Below are positions 29,271 through 38,203 of a stretch of DNA of 43,416 nucleotides, in pieces. Position 1 is the first letter of the stretch; each line of letters opens with the position of its first letter. The DNA is from a bacterium (lineage in GTDB: Bacteria > Babelota > Babeliae > Babelales > CAIQNR01). The stretch is from NCBI GenBank assembly GCA_947505805.1, contig CANNMA010000002.1, positions 1 through 43,416 of the forward strand, read 5' to 3'. The position numbers and the translations under genes were made by a program. The notes under the pieces are model-generated. The model ran no database searches. It was not told the origin of the DNA and saw only the letters and a list, made by a program, of their open reading frames with translations.

Positions 29271-29462
29271 TTAAAAAACACGTGCTGCCAGCTTCGCAAA
29301 CATAAAATCTATAAAACCTAAATATACGGAAAAGAAAAGAACCAATATTAAAACCACCATAGTAGTCCCAATAAGTTCTTGTCTTGTAGGCCAAGTAACT
29401 CTCGAAAACTCAAGATTAACCCCGCTTAAAAATTGCAAAAGACTTTTTAATTTTTGAATCAT
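29271..29462 (-). CDS. secE: preprotein translocase subunit SecE
   Basis: 63 aa with a single TM. EFSRVTWPTRQELIGTTMVVLILVLFF consensus. Synteny. Confidence 0.88.
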   Translation of the reverse strand: MIQKLKSLLQFLSGVNLEFSRVTWPTRQELIGTTMVVLILVLFFSVYLGFIDFMFAKLAARVF

Positions 29463-29496
29463 TATTTAATCCACCGCTTAATGTAACTCTTAATAC

Positions 29497-29572
29497 TGGC
29501 AGGCCAGGAGGGATTTGAACCCCCATCCATCAGATTTGGAGTCTGCCGCTCTACCGTTCGAGCTACTGGCCT
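29497..29572 (-). tRNA. tRNA-Trp (anticodon CCA), CCA encoded
   Basis: Hand fold: acceptor AGGCCAG/CTGGCCT, anticodon loop CTCCAAA, T loop TTCAAAT. Classical position next to rpmG/secE. Confidence 0.9.
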
Positions 29573-29581
29573 CTCACCAAT

Positions 29582-29740
29582 TTACTTTGTTTCTTTGTGT
29601 AGATTATGTTTGCGACACCATGCACAGTATTTTTTCAAACGAAGAGAACCAACGGTTCTTTTCTTTGAAACTAGTTGTGTATAATTACGATGTTTACAAT
29701 CTTCACACGATAAGCTCGTGATTACTTTATTTTTAGCCAT
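29582..29740 (-). CDS. rpmG: 50S ribosomal protein L33 (52 aa; below the ORF-track cutoff)
   Basis: My own translation: MAKNKVITSLSCEDCKHRNYTQLVSKKRTVGSLRLKKYCAWCRKHNLHKETK*. It has the CxxC..CxxC zinc-ribbon form of L33. Synteny with secE. Confidence 0.88.
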   Translation of the reverse strand: MAKNKVITSLSCEDCKHRNYTQLVSKKRTVGSLRLKKYCAWCRKHNLHKETK

Positions 29741-29773
29741 TTTTCCGTACCTTTTGCCCAATTTAAATTTTTC

Positions 29774-29849
29774 ATGGAGCCCGCGACCGGATTTGAACCG
29801 GTGACCTTTCCCTTACCATGGGAATGCTCTACCAACTGAGCTACGTGGG
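29774..29849 (-). tRNA. tRNA-Thr (anticodon GGU), CCA encoded
   Basis: Hand fold: anticodon arm TTCCC-ATGGTAA-GGGAA, T arm ACCGG-TTCAAAT-CCGGT. One A.C mismatch in the acceptor stem. Confidence 0.88.
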
Positions 29850-29944
29850 CATTCCTAACACTGATTCACAGGCATTCTTTAAAACTAAAGGAAAAAAACT
29901 AAAAAGACAAATCTTTTTAGCTATTCTGTCCACACTTTTAAGTA

Positions 29945-30020
29945 TGGAGCTGGCGACTAGATTTGAACTAGCGACCTACTGATTACAAATCAGTTGCTCT
30001 ACCAACTGAGCTACGCCAGC
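29945..30020 (-). tRNA. tRNA-Thr (anticodon UGU), CCA encoded
   Basis: Hand fold: acceptor GCTGGCG/CGCCAGC, anticodon arm ACTGA-TTTGTAA-TCAGT. Confidence 0.88.
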
Positions 30021-30038
30021 ATCCTTAAGCTTAAAATT

Positions 30039-30115
30039 TGGAGCGGGAAACGAGACTCGAACTCGCAACCTACAGCTTGGAAGGCTGTCGCTCTAACCAA
30101 TTGAGCTATTCCCGC
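30039..30115 (-). tRNA. tRNA-Gly (anticodon UCC), CCA encoded
   Basis: Hand fold: acceptor GCGGGAA/TTCCCGC, anticodon arm ACAGC-CTTCCAA-GCTGT, T arm GCGAG-TTCGAGT-CTCGT. Confidence 0.88.
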
Positions 30116-30126
30116 AAATTTTTTTT

Positions 30127-30211
<85 letters not shown>

Positions 30212-30315
30212 GAAATTTAAAATAATGTCAAATTTTTATGCTTGCTCATGAACATCAATCAACTTAAGTGGAGTAAAGGATAATGACTTTCTCACACAAT
30301 TTCAAATTTAATATA

Positions 30316-30525
30316 CTATTTTTTATCAATGCTCGCATTCGCCTCTTTCAAAATCTGCATAACTTCATCAATGCAACTGGAGCATCCGGTTCCAACCCCC
30401 AGGCTTTCTGACAGCTCCTGAAAGCTCTTTGAACCATTTTCAATAGCTTCAACAATCTGACTGTACATAACTTCCATACAAGTGCATACCAAATAATCAG
30501 GTTTTTGATGCAAAGGACTCTTCAT
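30316..30525 (-). CDS. BFD-like [2Fe-2S]-binding domain protein
   Basis: 69 aa with the Cys pattern CTC...(x)...CSSC (VCTCMEV..GVGTGCSSCIDEV) typical of bacterioferritin-associated ferredoxin domains. Confidence 0.7.
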   Translation of the reverse strand: MKSPLHQKPDYLVCTCMEVMYSQIVEAIENGSKSFQELSESLGVGTGCSSCIDEVMQILKEANASIDKK

Positions 30526-30592
30526 AATTATTTTCCAATCATTTTATTGGTCAAAGATACCTACCAAAAACAGCTTTCATCTGTAGTTCTTA

Positions 30593-30620
30593 TTGACTTC
30601 AACTTTCTATAGCATACACT
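30593..30620 (+). promoter_or_regulatory. candidate sigma70-type promoter for the first MutS-like gene
   Basis: TTGACT (30593-30598), 16-nt spacer, TACACT (30615-30620), about 48 nt upstream of the ATG at 30668. Motif match only. Confidence 0.2.
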
Positions 30621-30667
30621 ATAGCTGCTGTCTATATAGTATTTATTTCATAATCTAAGGGATCTTT

Positions 30668-32623
30668 ATGAAAAAACTTTTAGTATTTTGCTTATTAACA
30701 TCACCACTTGCGTGTCTTACGGGAACACCTATTCCTGAACAACAAGTAACATCACAAAATCCTCTTTTTGAGATTACACAATTACATCTTTCAAGTCTTG
30801 CTATGCCTATTGTACAAGTAAAGAAAGAAAAAACAGAAGCTGAAAAAACATTTTTTGAAAAAATAACAAAACTAGAAGAACCTGAATTTATCATTCCAGA
30901 AAGTTCCAAATATGAGCAAATTTCACTTGCCTATACACTTCTTGCTCCCTACGTTGAATTGCCTGAAGAAAAAGTTGCAAATCAAAATGCGCTAAAAGAC
31001 CTTGAAGTTCTTGCTGGAAATCACACTAAAGCAAACAACCTTCTAAATATTTTTAATAGAACACATCTTCCAGAAGGTGAAGTCTATTTAGCAGAGCTCT
31101 TAACTCATCCAGTTACAGACATTCAAGAACTGCAAAAACGCCAAAATATCATTAAAGCTCTTGTTGAAAATCCTGCAATGGAAATTGCACTTGATGAAGC
31201 TCTAGCAGAATTTAAAAAACATCACACAACTTTCAATAGTCTTTGGACTGCTGAATCAAAAGCAAATAGCGTTTTTGTTGATGGACACTTTTGGCGTTGG
31301 AAGTTTTTGGAAGGTCTTAATACAAATTCTAAATATCAACATGCTGTGACCAGCTTTAATCTTTTTGTACAACCTGCAACCTCAATTTTACCAATGGCTC
31401 TAATGCAAGGTCTTATAACCTATCCAGTAATCACTACACCCGAATTAAGATCAAACCCTGTGGAAGTAGGATCAGCAGTATTTGCAAATGCTTATGTTGG
31501 ATTCATTACCTACATTTTAGCCCAATCAGTCAAAAAGAATTTCGATGCTCTCAACTATCTTCAAGGAAAAGCTATTTCTGTTGCTAGTCTTGTAAGAACA
31601 ATTGATGCTGCCCAAAAAGCAATTGAACTACACCCAGAATTACAGGAATTAGATTATGCTGATGTACTAGCAGCGTTTTCTAAAGGGACCGCATCTGTCT
31701 CATCCAAAATGAGAAGACTTGTTACCCTTTTAAGAACAAACACTTTCAAAAATGAGCCCTCTGTATTCTCTCTCCAAGGTCGCGTTAAAGTTGCCTATGC
31801 GCTTATTGAACAGATCAAAGATGAATTAGCTCCTGCACTCGTTGCACTTGGTGAACTTGATGCGTATCTTTCATGTGCAAAGCTTTATAAAGAATTTGAA
31901 AACAAAGATAACAAATTCGTTTTTGCACAGTACATCACATCAAACAGTCCCTCTATTACTATGGATGCTATGTGGAATCCATTTGTTGGTTCAGAAAAAT
32001 CGGTCGTTAACTCTATTGAATTTGGTAAAAGCAATCCTCGTAACATGATTTTGACTGGCCCAAATGCTGGTGGTAAATCAACATTTGCAAAAGGCCTAAC
32101 CTTAAATGTTTTTCTTGCTCAAACGATCGGCATGGTCCCTGCAAAGTCATTTGCACTAACACCATTTGCAAAGATCAATACCTACATGAACATTAGTGAT
32201 GATACAGCTGGTGGAAATTCACTCTTTAAATCTGAAGTTATGCGAGCACAAGAACTTATCGACACTATCAAAAGTCTTCCAAGTAAAAAGTTTTCATTCT
32301 CAGTTATGGATGAAATGTTCAGCGGAACCTCTCCAAAAGAAGGTGAAGCTGCTACCTATGCAGTTGCTGATGATCTTATGAAACAATCAAACTCTATCTT
32401 AATCTTGGCAACACACTTTCAAAAACTGAAAGAACTTGAATCAACCACAACACTTGTAAAAAACTATCAAGTACGAGTTGTCCGCTATGAAGATGGCTCA
32501 TTCAGCTATCCATTCAAATTAGAAGAAGGAGCTGCAGATCAAAATGTTGCTATCGATATTCTAAAACAAGAAGGCTTTAGTAGCTCTATTCTTGATAAGG
32601 CATATCAGATTTTACAGAACTAA
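30668..32623 (+). CDS. MutS-family protein, paralog A (core domain III-like plus domain V ATPase; N-terminal hydrophobic leader; no mismatch-binding domain)
   Basis: Leader MKKLLVFCLLTSPLACL. MutS core motif NRTHLPEGEVYLAELLTHP..RQNII. Two central hydrophobic segments. Walker A LTGPNAGGKSTF, signature GNSLFKSEV, Walker B FSVMDEMFSGTSPKEG, and ATHF. Confidence 0.85.
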   Translation: MKKLLVFCLLTSPLACLTGTPIPEQQVTSQNPLFEITQLHLSSLAMPIVQVKKEKTEAEKTFFEKITKLEEPEFIIPESSKYEQISLAYTLLAPYVELPEEKVANQNALKDLEVLAGNHTKANNLLNIFNRTHLPEGEVYLAELLTHPVTDIQELQKRQNIIKALVENPAMEIALDEALAEFKKHHTTFNSLWTAESKANSVFVDGHFWRWKFLEGLNTNSKYQHAVTSFNLFVQPATSILPMALMQGLITYPVITTPELRSNPVEVGSAVFANAYVGFITYILAQSVKKNFDALNYLQGKAISVASLVRTIDAAQKAIELHPELQELDYADVLAAFSKGTASVSSKMRRLVTLLRTNTFKNEPSVFSLQGRVKVAYALIEQIKDELAPALVALGELDAYLSCAKLYKEFENKDNKFVFAQYITSNSPSITMDAMWNPFVGSEKSVVNSIEFGKSNPRNMILTGPNAGGKSTFAKGLTLNVFLAQTIGMVPAKSFALTPFAKINTYMNISDDTAGGNSLFKSEVMRAQELIDTIKSLPSKKFSFSVMDEMFSGTSPKEGEAATYAVADDLMKQSNSILILATHFQKLKELESTTTLVKNYQVRVVRYEDGSFSYPFKLEEGAADQNVAIDILKQEGFSSSILDKAYQILQN

Positions 32624-32799
32624 AGAAAACCAAAAGGGACTAGCCGTATTCTAATTGAGTATTCACTATCATCAAAACTTCCTACTACGCTCTAAAAGCC
32701 GCATAGAAAAAGATAGAATGATTTTAAATATAGAGAGAAATAGGTTGGTCCCTTTTTTAAAAAAATCATTTCACAATTTTAAATTTGAAAAGGTTCACC

Positions 32800-35478
32800 A
32801 TGATATATTCATCAAAAAAAACACCTCTCCTTTTATTCGTACTTTTAGGATCAACACCTGTTGTTCTAAAAGGAGTACATAAAAACAATAACCACTCTAC
32901 TCTTTCTCATTATAACCCCAATGAACAATCTCCTTTTGGTGACATTGCACGCGAATATATGAAAAACCAAAAAGTTCAGAAGCCGTCTCTCTTAACAACT
33001 GAAGAACAAGAACAGCTAAAAACAGATATTTCAGAAATCCCCTTTTCTACAAAATGTCGGCATCTCTATGGTATCTGGCAACAACCTGCTCTTTTTTGTA
33101 CACACAATTCAATTTTAGATAAAAATGGATGGCAAAATCTTGAACTCCTTTCTGGAAGCCATGATGGAGCACCTGATGTTGCACACTTATTAGATCAAAC
33201 AGAAACTATTTTTGGTAAACTTTTTAGCACCTATTTACTCACATCTCCAACTAGCGACACAACAGTTCTGCAGAATCGACAAGCGGTCATTAAAGAGTTT
33301 TTAAATAACAAAGAACTTTCTGCCAAAATCACCGAATCACTTAAAAAGACTGCTGCTGCTCAAAACACTTTCTTCTTTTTATATGAAGACGAATCTGATT
33401 TTAATTTTGAAGAAATTAGTAAGTACTTTTTTACCACTCAATCTCCGGTCTTTAAATATCTTAAGTATGCAAATACCAGTTCTGTTGCAATGGAACTTTT
33501 ATGCCTAAAAGGTCGTATGTTTTCATATGCCCTACCAGCTGCACTGCCGTATCTTTTTTTCTGGACTACTCAAAAAATTCATGAAAACTTAGACTTTCAA
33601 AAAACTAAAACCGCATTTAGTGAATCTGAAGATTTTACTAAAATGAGTGCCAACATTGCTGAAGAATTCAGAAAAAACAAAGTTAGCAAAGATCGATTTA
33701 TTGAAATTTTGAATAAATTTTATACAAGTATAGAAGATAATCCTATAGCAGCTCAAATGGTTCCAAATATTCGTACTATTGCACGTGATAACGGAGCAGC
33801 ACAAAGATTATTTTGGGCAAATCCTAATGCTATCGCACAGGCATGCACTGAAGGATTAATTAATCCTGTAGAACAAAACATTATTACTGATGCTCTTAAA
33901 AAATCATTTGGTAACCTTCCACAAGGATGTGAAGCTGGCCTTAAATCTTGGAATGTTGCACTTGCTCAATTAACAAATGAATGCCGTAAAAAAGCAGCGT
34001 GGAGCATGGTTGACGGGTTAACGCCATGGCAACGAGAACTCAAAAATACCTCTGATGTTGAACAAATAGAAATAACTAGACTAAATCCTGAACTAACTGC
34101 AGAAAATCCAGAAATTTGGATAAAAAAACTATTTAAAATGCAAAACGATGACCTAAAATGGCTCTTGTTCCAAAAAGACGTTTTTACCAAATATACAGCT
34201 GGTGACAGAATAAAATTACTGCAATTAGCTCGTAAAAAATGTGCTGAACAAAGCCTTGTTGATCAATCAAACATGAGCCCTGCAACTATGAGCGGTATTA
34301 TTAAAGCGCTTACTATTTTTACCGGTACCGTTGGCGCTGTTGAAGGTCTTGCTGCTTATTGCTGCTATTCACGAGAAAACAGTTACAACACTCTGACCAA
34401 CTACCTTCAAATGCAAATGATTGCTGTAGGAACTGTTGTTCGAACCATGAAACTAGTAAATGAAGAAATCAAAAATAATCCTGTACTGACTGCTGGCCTT
34501 AATCATTCACAGCACTTGACCGATCTTTTTGATACACAATCAAAAACTGTTTCTAGTAAATTGCATCAACTTGTGAATCTTCTTTTGACCAATACATTCA
34601 GCGGTGAGCCATCATATTTTAGCTTTAAAGGTCGCGTTCTTGCTGCCTATGCTCTTATGAAAGAAATCAGACAAGAACTTGCTCCAGCACTCTTTGCTCT
34701 TGGTGAAGTTGATGCATACCTTTCATGCGCAAAACTTATGGAAAAGCATGAAAATAAAGAAAATAGATTTACCTTTGCAACATACGTTGACCAAGATGCT
34801 CCCTACATTAATTTACAAAACATGTGGCATCCATTTGTATCATCTGAAAAAGCTATTGCAAATTCTATTGAATTAGGTGGTCAATACACTAAAAACATTA
34901 TTTTAACTGGCCCTAATGCTGGTGGTAAATCAACTTTTTCTAAAGGTCTAGCAACAAGTCTTTTACTTGCTCAAACAATTGGAATTGTTCCAGCACAATC
35001 ACTTGTGTTTACTCCTTTTGCAAAAATAAACACATATATGAACATTACTGATGATACTGCTGCAGGCAATTCACTCTTTAAATCAGAAGTCCTAAGAGCA
35101 CAACAGCTTTTAGAAACCATTAACACGCTTGATAAAAACAAGTTTTCATTCTCAGTCATCGATGAAATGTTTAGTGGAACTTCTCCAAAAGAAGGTGAAG
35201 CGGCAAGTTATGCTGTTGCAAAAAACCTTGCTACTAATAGTAACTCTATAGCAGTTATTGCAACACATTTTCCAAAACTAAAAGAGCTAGAAACAACGCT
35301 TGGAACCTTTAAAAACTATCAGGTACGAGTGATTCGTTACGATGATGGTTCATTCAGCTATCCATTCAAACTGGAAGAAGGGGCTGCAGATCAAAACGTT
35401 GCTCTTGATATTTTACAACAACAAGGATTTGATAGCAGTATTTTAGACGATGCACAAGCAATTTTAAGAAACAATTAA
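32800..35478 (+). CDS. MutS-family protein, paralog B (as A, with a roughly 235-aa insertion between the hydrophobic segments)
   Basis: ATG at 32800 (the track starts at TTG 32785). Leader KKTPLLLFVLLGSTPVVL. C-terminal half is highly similar to paralog A: LTGPNAGGKSTFSKGL, TPFAKINTYMNITDDTAAGNSLFKSEV, FSVIDEMFSGTSPKEGEA, YQVRVIRYDDGSFSYPFKLEEGAADQNVA. Confidence 0.85.
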   Translation: MIYSSKKTPLLLFVLLGSTPVVLKGVHKNNNHSTLSHYNPNEQSPFGDIAREYMKNQKVQKPSLLTTEEQEQLKTDISEIPFSTKCRHLYGIWQQPALFCTHNSILDKNGWQNLELLSGSHDGAPDVAHLLDQTETIFGKLFSTYLLTSPTSDTTVLQNRQAVIKEFLNNKELSAKITESLKKTAAAQNTFFFLYEDESDFNFEEISKYFFTTQSPVFKYLKYANTSSVAMELLCLKGRMFSYALPAALPYLFFWTTQKIHENLDFQKTKTAFSESEDFTKMSANIAEEFRKNKVSKDRFIEILNKFYTSIEDNPIAAQMVPNIRTIARDNGAAQRLFWANPNAIAQACTEGLINPVEQNIITDALKKSFGNLPQGCEAGLKSWNVALAQLTNECRKKAAWSMVDGLTPWQRELKNTSDVEQIEITRLNPELTAENPEIWIKKLFKMQNDDLKWLLFQKDVFTKYTAGDRIKLLQLARKKCAEQSLVDQSNMSPATMSGIIKALTIFTGTVGAVEGLAAYCCYSRENSYNTLTNYLQMQMIAVGTVVRTMKLVNEEIKNNPVLTAGLNHSQHLTDLFDTQSKTVSSKLHQLVNLLLTNTFSGEPSYFSFKGRVLAAYALMKEIRQELAPALFALGEVDAYLSCAKLMEKHENKENRFTFATYVDQDAPYINLQNMWHPFVSSEKAIANSIELGGQYTKNIILTGPNAGGKSTFSKGLATSLLLAQTIGIVPAQSLVFTPFAKINTYMNITDDTAAGNSLFKSEVLRAQQLLETINTLDKNKFSFSVIDEMFSGTSPKEGEAASYAVAKNLATNSNSIAVIATHFPKLKELETTLGTFKNYQVRVIRYDDGSFSYPFKLEEGAADQNVALDILQQQGFDSSILDDAQAILRNN

Positions 35479-35482
35479 TAAC

Positions 35483-35510
35483 AAAAGGGAGTGCAACCAG
35501 ACTCCCTTTT
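35483..35510 (+). terminator. intrinsic terminator after MutS-like paralog B
   Basis: Stem AAAAGGGAGT/ACTCCCTTTT (core GGGAGT/ACTCCC) with 8-nt loop GCAACCAG, followed by a T-run. Confidence 0.65.
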
Positions 35511-35537
35511 TAATCTTTAAAAAAAGAGGCTTTCATT

Positions 35538-36842
35538 ATGATGACTTATACTCAAAAAACAGTAACATTGTTTATCTCTAGTTTATTAACGTTTTCATTG
35601 ATTCACTCAAGCGAAAACAACGCACATAACAAATCTAAGCATCCCTTTTTTGATATCGCTCAACTTCACCTTGCTAGTCTTCCGTTTCCTGCAACTCGCG
35701 CAAACGAAAAAGTTGACACTGAAGAAAGTGTAATTTTCAAACGATTACAAGCTTTAGAAAATCCAAACTATACGATTCCTTCATTTTCAAAGTATGATCA
35801 AATAGCCCTTGCTTATACGCTTCTTGCCCCTCATGTTCCATGCACACAAGAAGATTGTTCTGAGGCTTTAGATCTTTCATTATTTCAATCAACGAGTGAC
35901 TACAAAAATACCCCCTTCCCCATTTTCAACAGAACATATCTTCCAGAAGGCGAAGTGTATTTAGCACATATTTTGACTCATCCAGCAAAAAATCAACAAG
36001 AATGGATGAATCGTCAAAATATTTTGAATGCGCTTACTGCAAATCAAGATTTTTGTAATGCTTTAACTGATATTTTCCGTAATTTACAACTTCATCATGA
36101 AGCACTTTATAGTCTATGGGCGCTTGACCAAGAAATGCATCGCTCACTCATGGCAACACAATATTTTCAAGCATTTGGATGGAGATGGCTCAATACCAGC
36201 AAAACCTTCCAGTACAGTGCAAATTTTGTAAAAATCTTTGGTAAATCTACAGGTGTTGCATCAGCATTAGTCACAACAGCAGGAGCAACCGTAGGCTTTC
36301 TTGCAAGGCCAGGAATTTTTTCATTAGCAGGAGCTTCTATTGTTAGTGGCACGAATTTATTAATGGCTTCCTACGGGGCAGATTTTATTAAAGCTGATCT
36401 TGAAGTTCTCTCTCATCTTCATACAAAAGTACACGCTGTAAGAGAACTCATTCTTGCAGTTGAACTTATAGAAAGAAAGATTAATGAAAATCCAGCTCTC
36501 TATGAATTAAACCATGCAACTACATTTACAACGTTTGCAAGACATAAAGAATCTCTGTCTTTAAAAATGCAAAAACTTATTTCATTAGCTAAAACAAGAA
36601 CATTCACCGAAAAGAATACATTCTTTACCTTACATGGACGTATTAAAGTTGCTTATGCACTCCTTGAAGAAGTCAAGGAAGAATTGACTCCTCTTTTTGC
36701 GGCATTAGGGGAACTTGATGCGTATCTTTCATACGCGAAAGTGTATAAAGAACTTGGTGAGTTTGATATACTTAATGAAGGATTTTCTGGAATTACGGAA
36801 TATTTAAAAGGGGAAATCTTACGTGTAGCGTGCGACTTTTAA
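35538..36842 (+). CDS. MutS-family paralog C, truncated (N-terminal and core region only; ATPase domain absent); possible gene remnant
   Basis: N-terminus is collinear with paralog A (PFFDIAQLHLASL, SKYDQIALAYTLLAP, IFNRTYLPEGEVYLAHILTHP, LGELDAYLSYAKVYKE). It ends 28 aa after the point where A and B continue into the Walker A region. Confidence 0.7.
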   Translation: MMTYTQKTVTLFISSLLTFSLIHSSENNAHNKSKHPFFDIAQLHLASLPFPATRANEKVDTEESVIFKRLQALENPNYTIPSFSKYDQIALAYTLLAPHVPCTQEDCSEALDLSLFQSTSDYKNTPFPIFNRTYLPEGEVYLAHILTHPAKNQQEWMNRQNILNALTANQDFCNALTDIFRNLQLHHEALYSLWALDQEMHRSLMATQYFQAFGWRWLNTSKTFQYSANFVKIFGKSTGVASALVTTAGATVGFLARPGIFSLAGASIVSGTNLLMASYGADFIKADLEVLSHLHTKVHAVRELILAVELIERKINENPALYELNHATTFTTFARHKESLSLKMQKLISLAKTRTFTEKNTFFTLHGRIKVAYALLEEVKEELTPLFAALGELDAYLSYAKVYKELGEFDILNEGFSGITEYLKGEILRVACDF

Positions 36843-36886
36843 TTTTGCACAAAAAACAATAAACTTATTTTTGAATTTAAAAAAAG

Positions 36887-36917
36887 ATGGCCTCTGAAAA
36901 AGGGGCCATTTTTTTTA
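36887..36917. terminator. bidirectional intrinsic terminator between MutS-like C (+) and tsaE (-)
   Basis: Stem ATGGCCTC/GGGGCCAT (8 bp with one G.U on the plus RNA), 7-nt loop, flanked by an A-run upstream and 8 T downstream. Confidence 0.7.
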
Positions 36918-36983
36918 GAAAAATTTATAAGAATTTTTCTAATTTTTTTCACCGCATTTGTAAACTTTTACACATACATTGCT

Positions 36984-37415
36984 CTACGATATAGAAATAA
37001 GTCGCAGATTTTCTTCAGTTCCATATTCCAACACAATATGACCAACAGTATCTGCTGGCAAGTAAGGAATAACAATTTCTGGCCATTCTATAAAACAAAT
37101 ACCATTTTCATCATGCAAATACTCGTCAAATCCAGCCTGTACAAACTGCTCATATGAAGAAAGTCTGTACAAATCAAAATGATACACCGTGCGACCATCA
37201 GCAAGATGATAGAGCGTTACATACGTATAGGTTGGACTTTGAACCGGCCCAACAACACCTAATTGCGCAAGCATCTCTTGAACAAGAGTCGTTTTACCTG
37301 CACCTAAGGTACCCGTTAAGGTCCATATTTTAACGGGAGAATGTATAAATTCTCTAGCACAATCAGCCATTTGCGAACGAGAAACAGTTTTTTGTATCAT
37401 CATATTTTTCTTCAT
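36984..37415 (-). CDS. tsaE: tRNA threonylcarbamoyladenosine (t6A) biosynthesis ATPase TsaE
   Basis: Walker A GTLGAGKTTLV, SPTYTYV, and the YHFDLYRL motif characteristic of YjeE/TsaE. Confidence 0.88.
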   Translation of the reverse strand: MKKNMMIQKTVSRSQMADCAREFIHSPVKIWTLTGTLGAGKTTLVQEMLAQLGVVGPVQSPTYTYVTLYHLADGRTVYHFDLYRLSSYEQFVQAGFDEYLHDENGICFIEWPEIVIPYLPADTVGHIVLEYGTEENLRLISIS

Positions 37416-37996
37416 AATTTATCAATTACTCTTTTATGCGCTTTTTCTTTTTTTGATTGTCGATCAGATGACATACCTATTTTTTCTAAGTAGTTTTCTT
37501 TTTCATCTTTGAAAGGAGTTTTCATGGATGCTGCTTCATGCATCAAACTATCAAGATCAGGATTATGTTCATCAGATAATTTTTGAATATTTCCATACTG
37601 GTTATTATGTGCCACAACTTTTGGATGACATAGATCTTGAATTTTTTGATAAAAAAAGACCGGATCAGCTGTTTCTGCACGACATTCTCCTACTTTTTGA
37701 CGAATTTCTCGATCAAGAGTTATCACTAAAAATTCTTTATTTTTATGCTCCCTTACATACGAAATAATAAGATCATCGGCAGATTGATATTCACCACTAT
37801 ACCAGACAGAAACACCCTTTTGCTTTTCTTTCATAGGGTTAAGACAAGGACCACCATCAAAAACGATATAAACCTTATGCTGCCTTCTTTTTAAATAGGC
37901 ACCAAGCAAATTCACAAAAGCAGCTCGTTGGCTTTCTGTGACTTGCGGTCCATGAATTTTTTTAAGCAAGTTATAACCGTCTATCATAATAATCAT
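37412..37996 (-). CDS. YacP/Rae1-like NYN (PIN-like) domain ribonuclease
   Basis: MIDGYNLL start, VYIVFDGG, and VWYSGEYQSADDLIISYV blocks typical of the YacP-like NYN family. ATGA overlap with tsaE. Confidence 0.7.
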   Translation of the reverse strand: MIIMIDGYNLLKKIHGPQVTESQRAAFVNLLGAYLKRRQHKVYIVFDGGPCLNPMKEKQKGVSVWYSGEYQSADDLIISYVREHKNKEFLVITLDREIRQKVGECRAETADPVFFYQKIQDLCHPKVVAHNNQYGNIQKLSDEHNPDLDSLMHEAASMKTPFKDEKENYLEKIGMSSDRQSKKEKAHKRVIDKL

Positions 37997-38136
37997 CTTT
38001 AATTCCCTCGTCTTTTTATCATATCATACTCATAAAACTTATGCCGAATTTACAACCAATAAAAATTCTAACTTGTAATCTTAAAAGCCATACCATAATC
38101 TCATTACTCTAAAGAACTGTGGTGCGACTGAAAACG

Positions 38137-38165
38137 TTGAAAAGTAGAGCAAGACCAAGTATTCT
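38137..38165 (+). promoter_or_regulatory. candidate sigma70-type promoter for atpG
   Basis: TTGAAA (38137-38142), 17-nt spacer, TATTCT (38160-38165), 38 nt upstream of the ATG at 38204. Motif match only. Confidence 0.25.
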
Positions 38166-38203
38166 TGAACCTAATATGTTTTATAGCAGTAAGAGGAAAA
38201 ACT

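Noticed and set aside
29515-29721. ORF 29515-29721 (+), 68 aa
   Set aside because: It lies antisense to tRNA-Trp and to the real but shorter rpmG gene (29582-29740, minus strand), which explains the region.
30655-30909. ORF 30655-30909 (-) and ORF 32655-32882 (+) near the MutS-like gene starts
   Set aside because: The first lies antisense to the start of MutS-like A. The second spans the A-B spacer and overlaps the start of MutS-like B out of frame. Neither has an RBS or recognisable features.
30212-36983. The bfd-like gene plus the MutS-like array considered as a tRNA-targeted integrative island
   Set aside because: I saw no integrase, recombinase or phage/plasmid genes and no direct repeat of a tRNA 3' end. 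The block abuts the 5' end of tRNA-Tyr rather than the 3' end, and its composition looks like the rest of the window.
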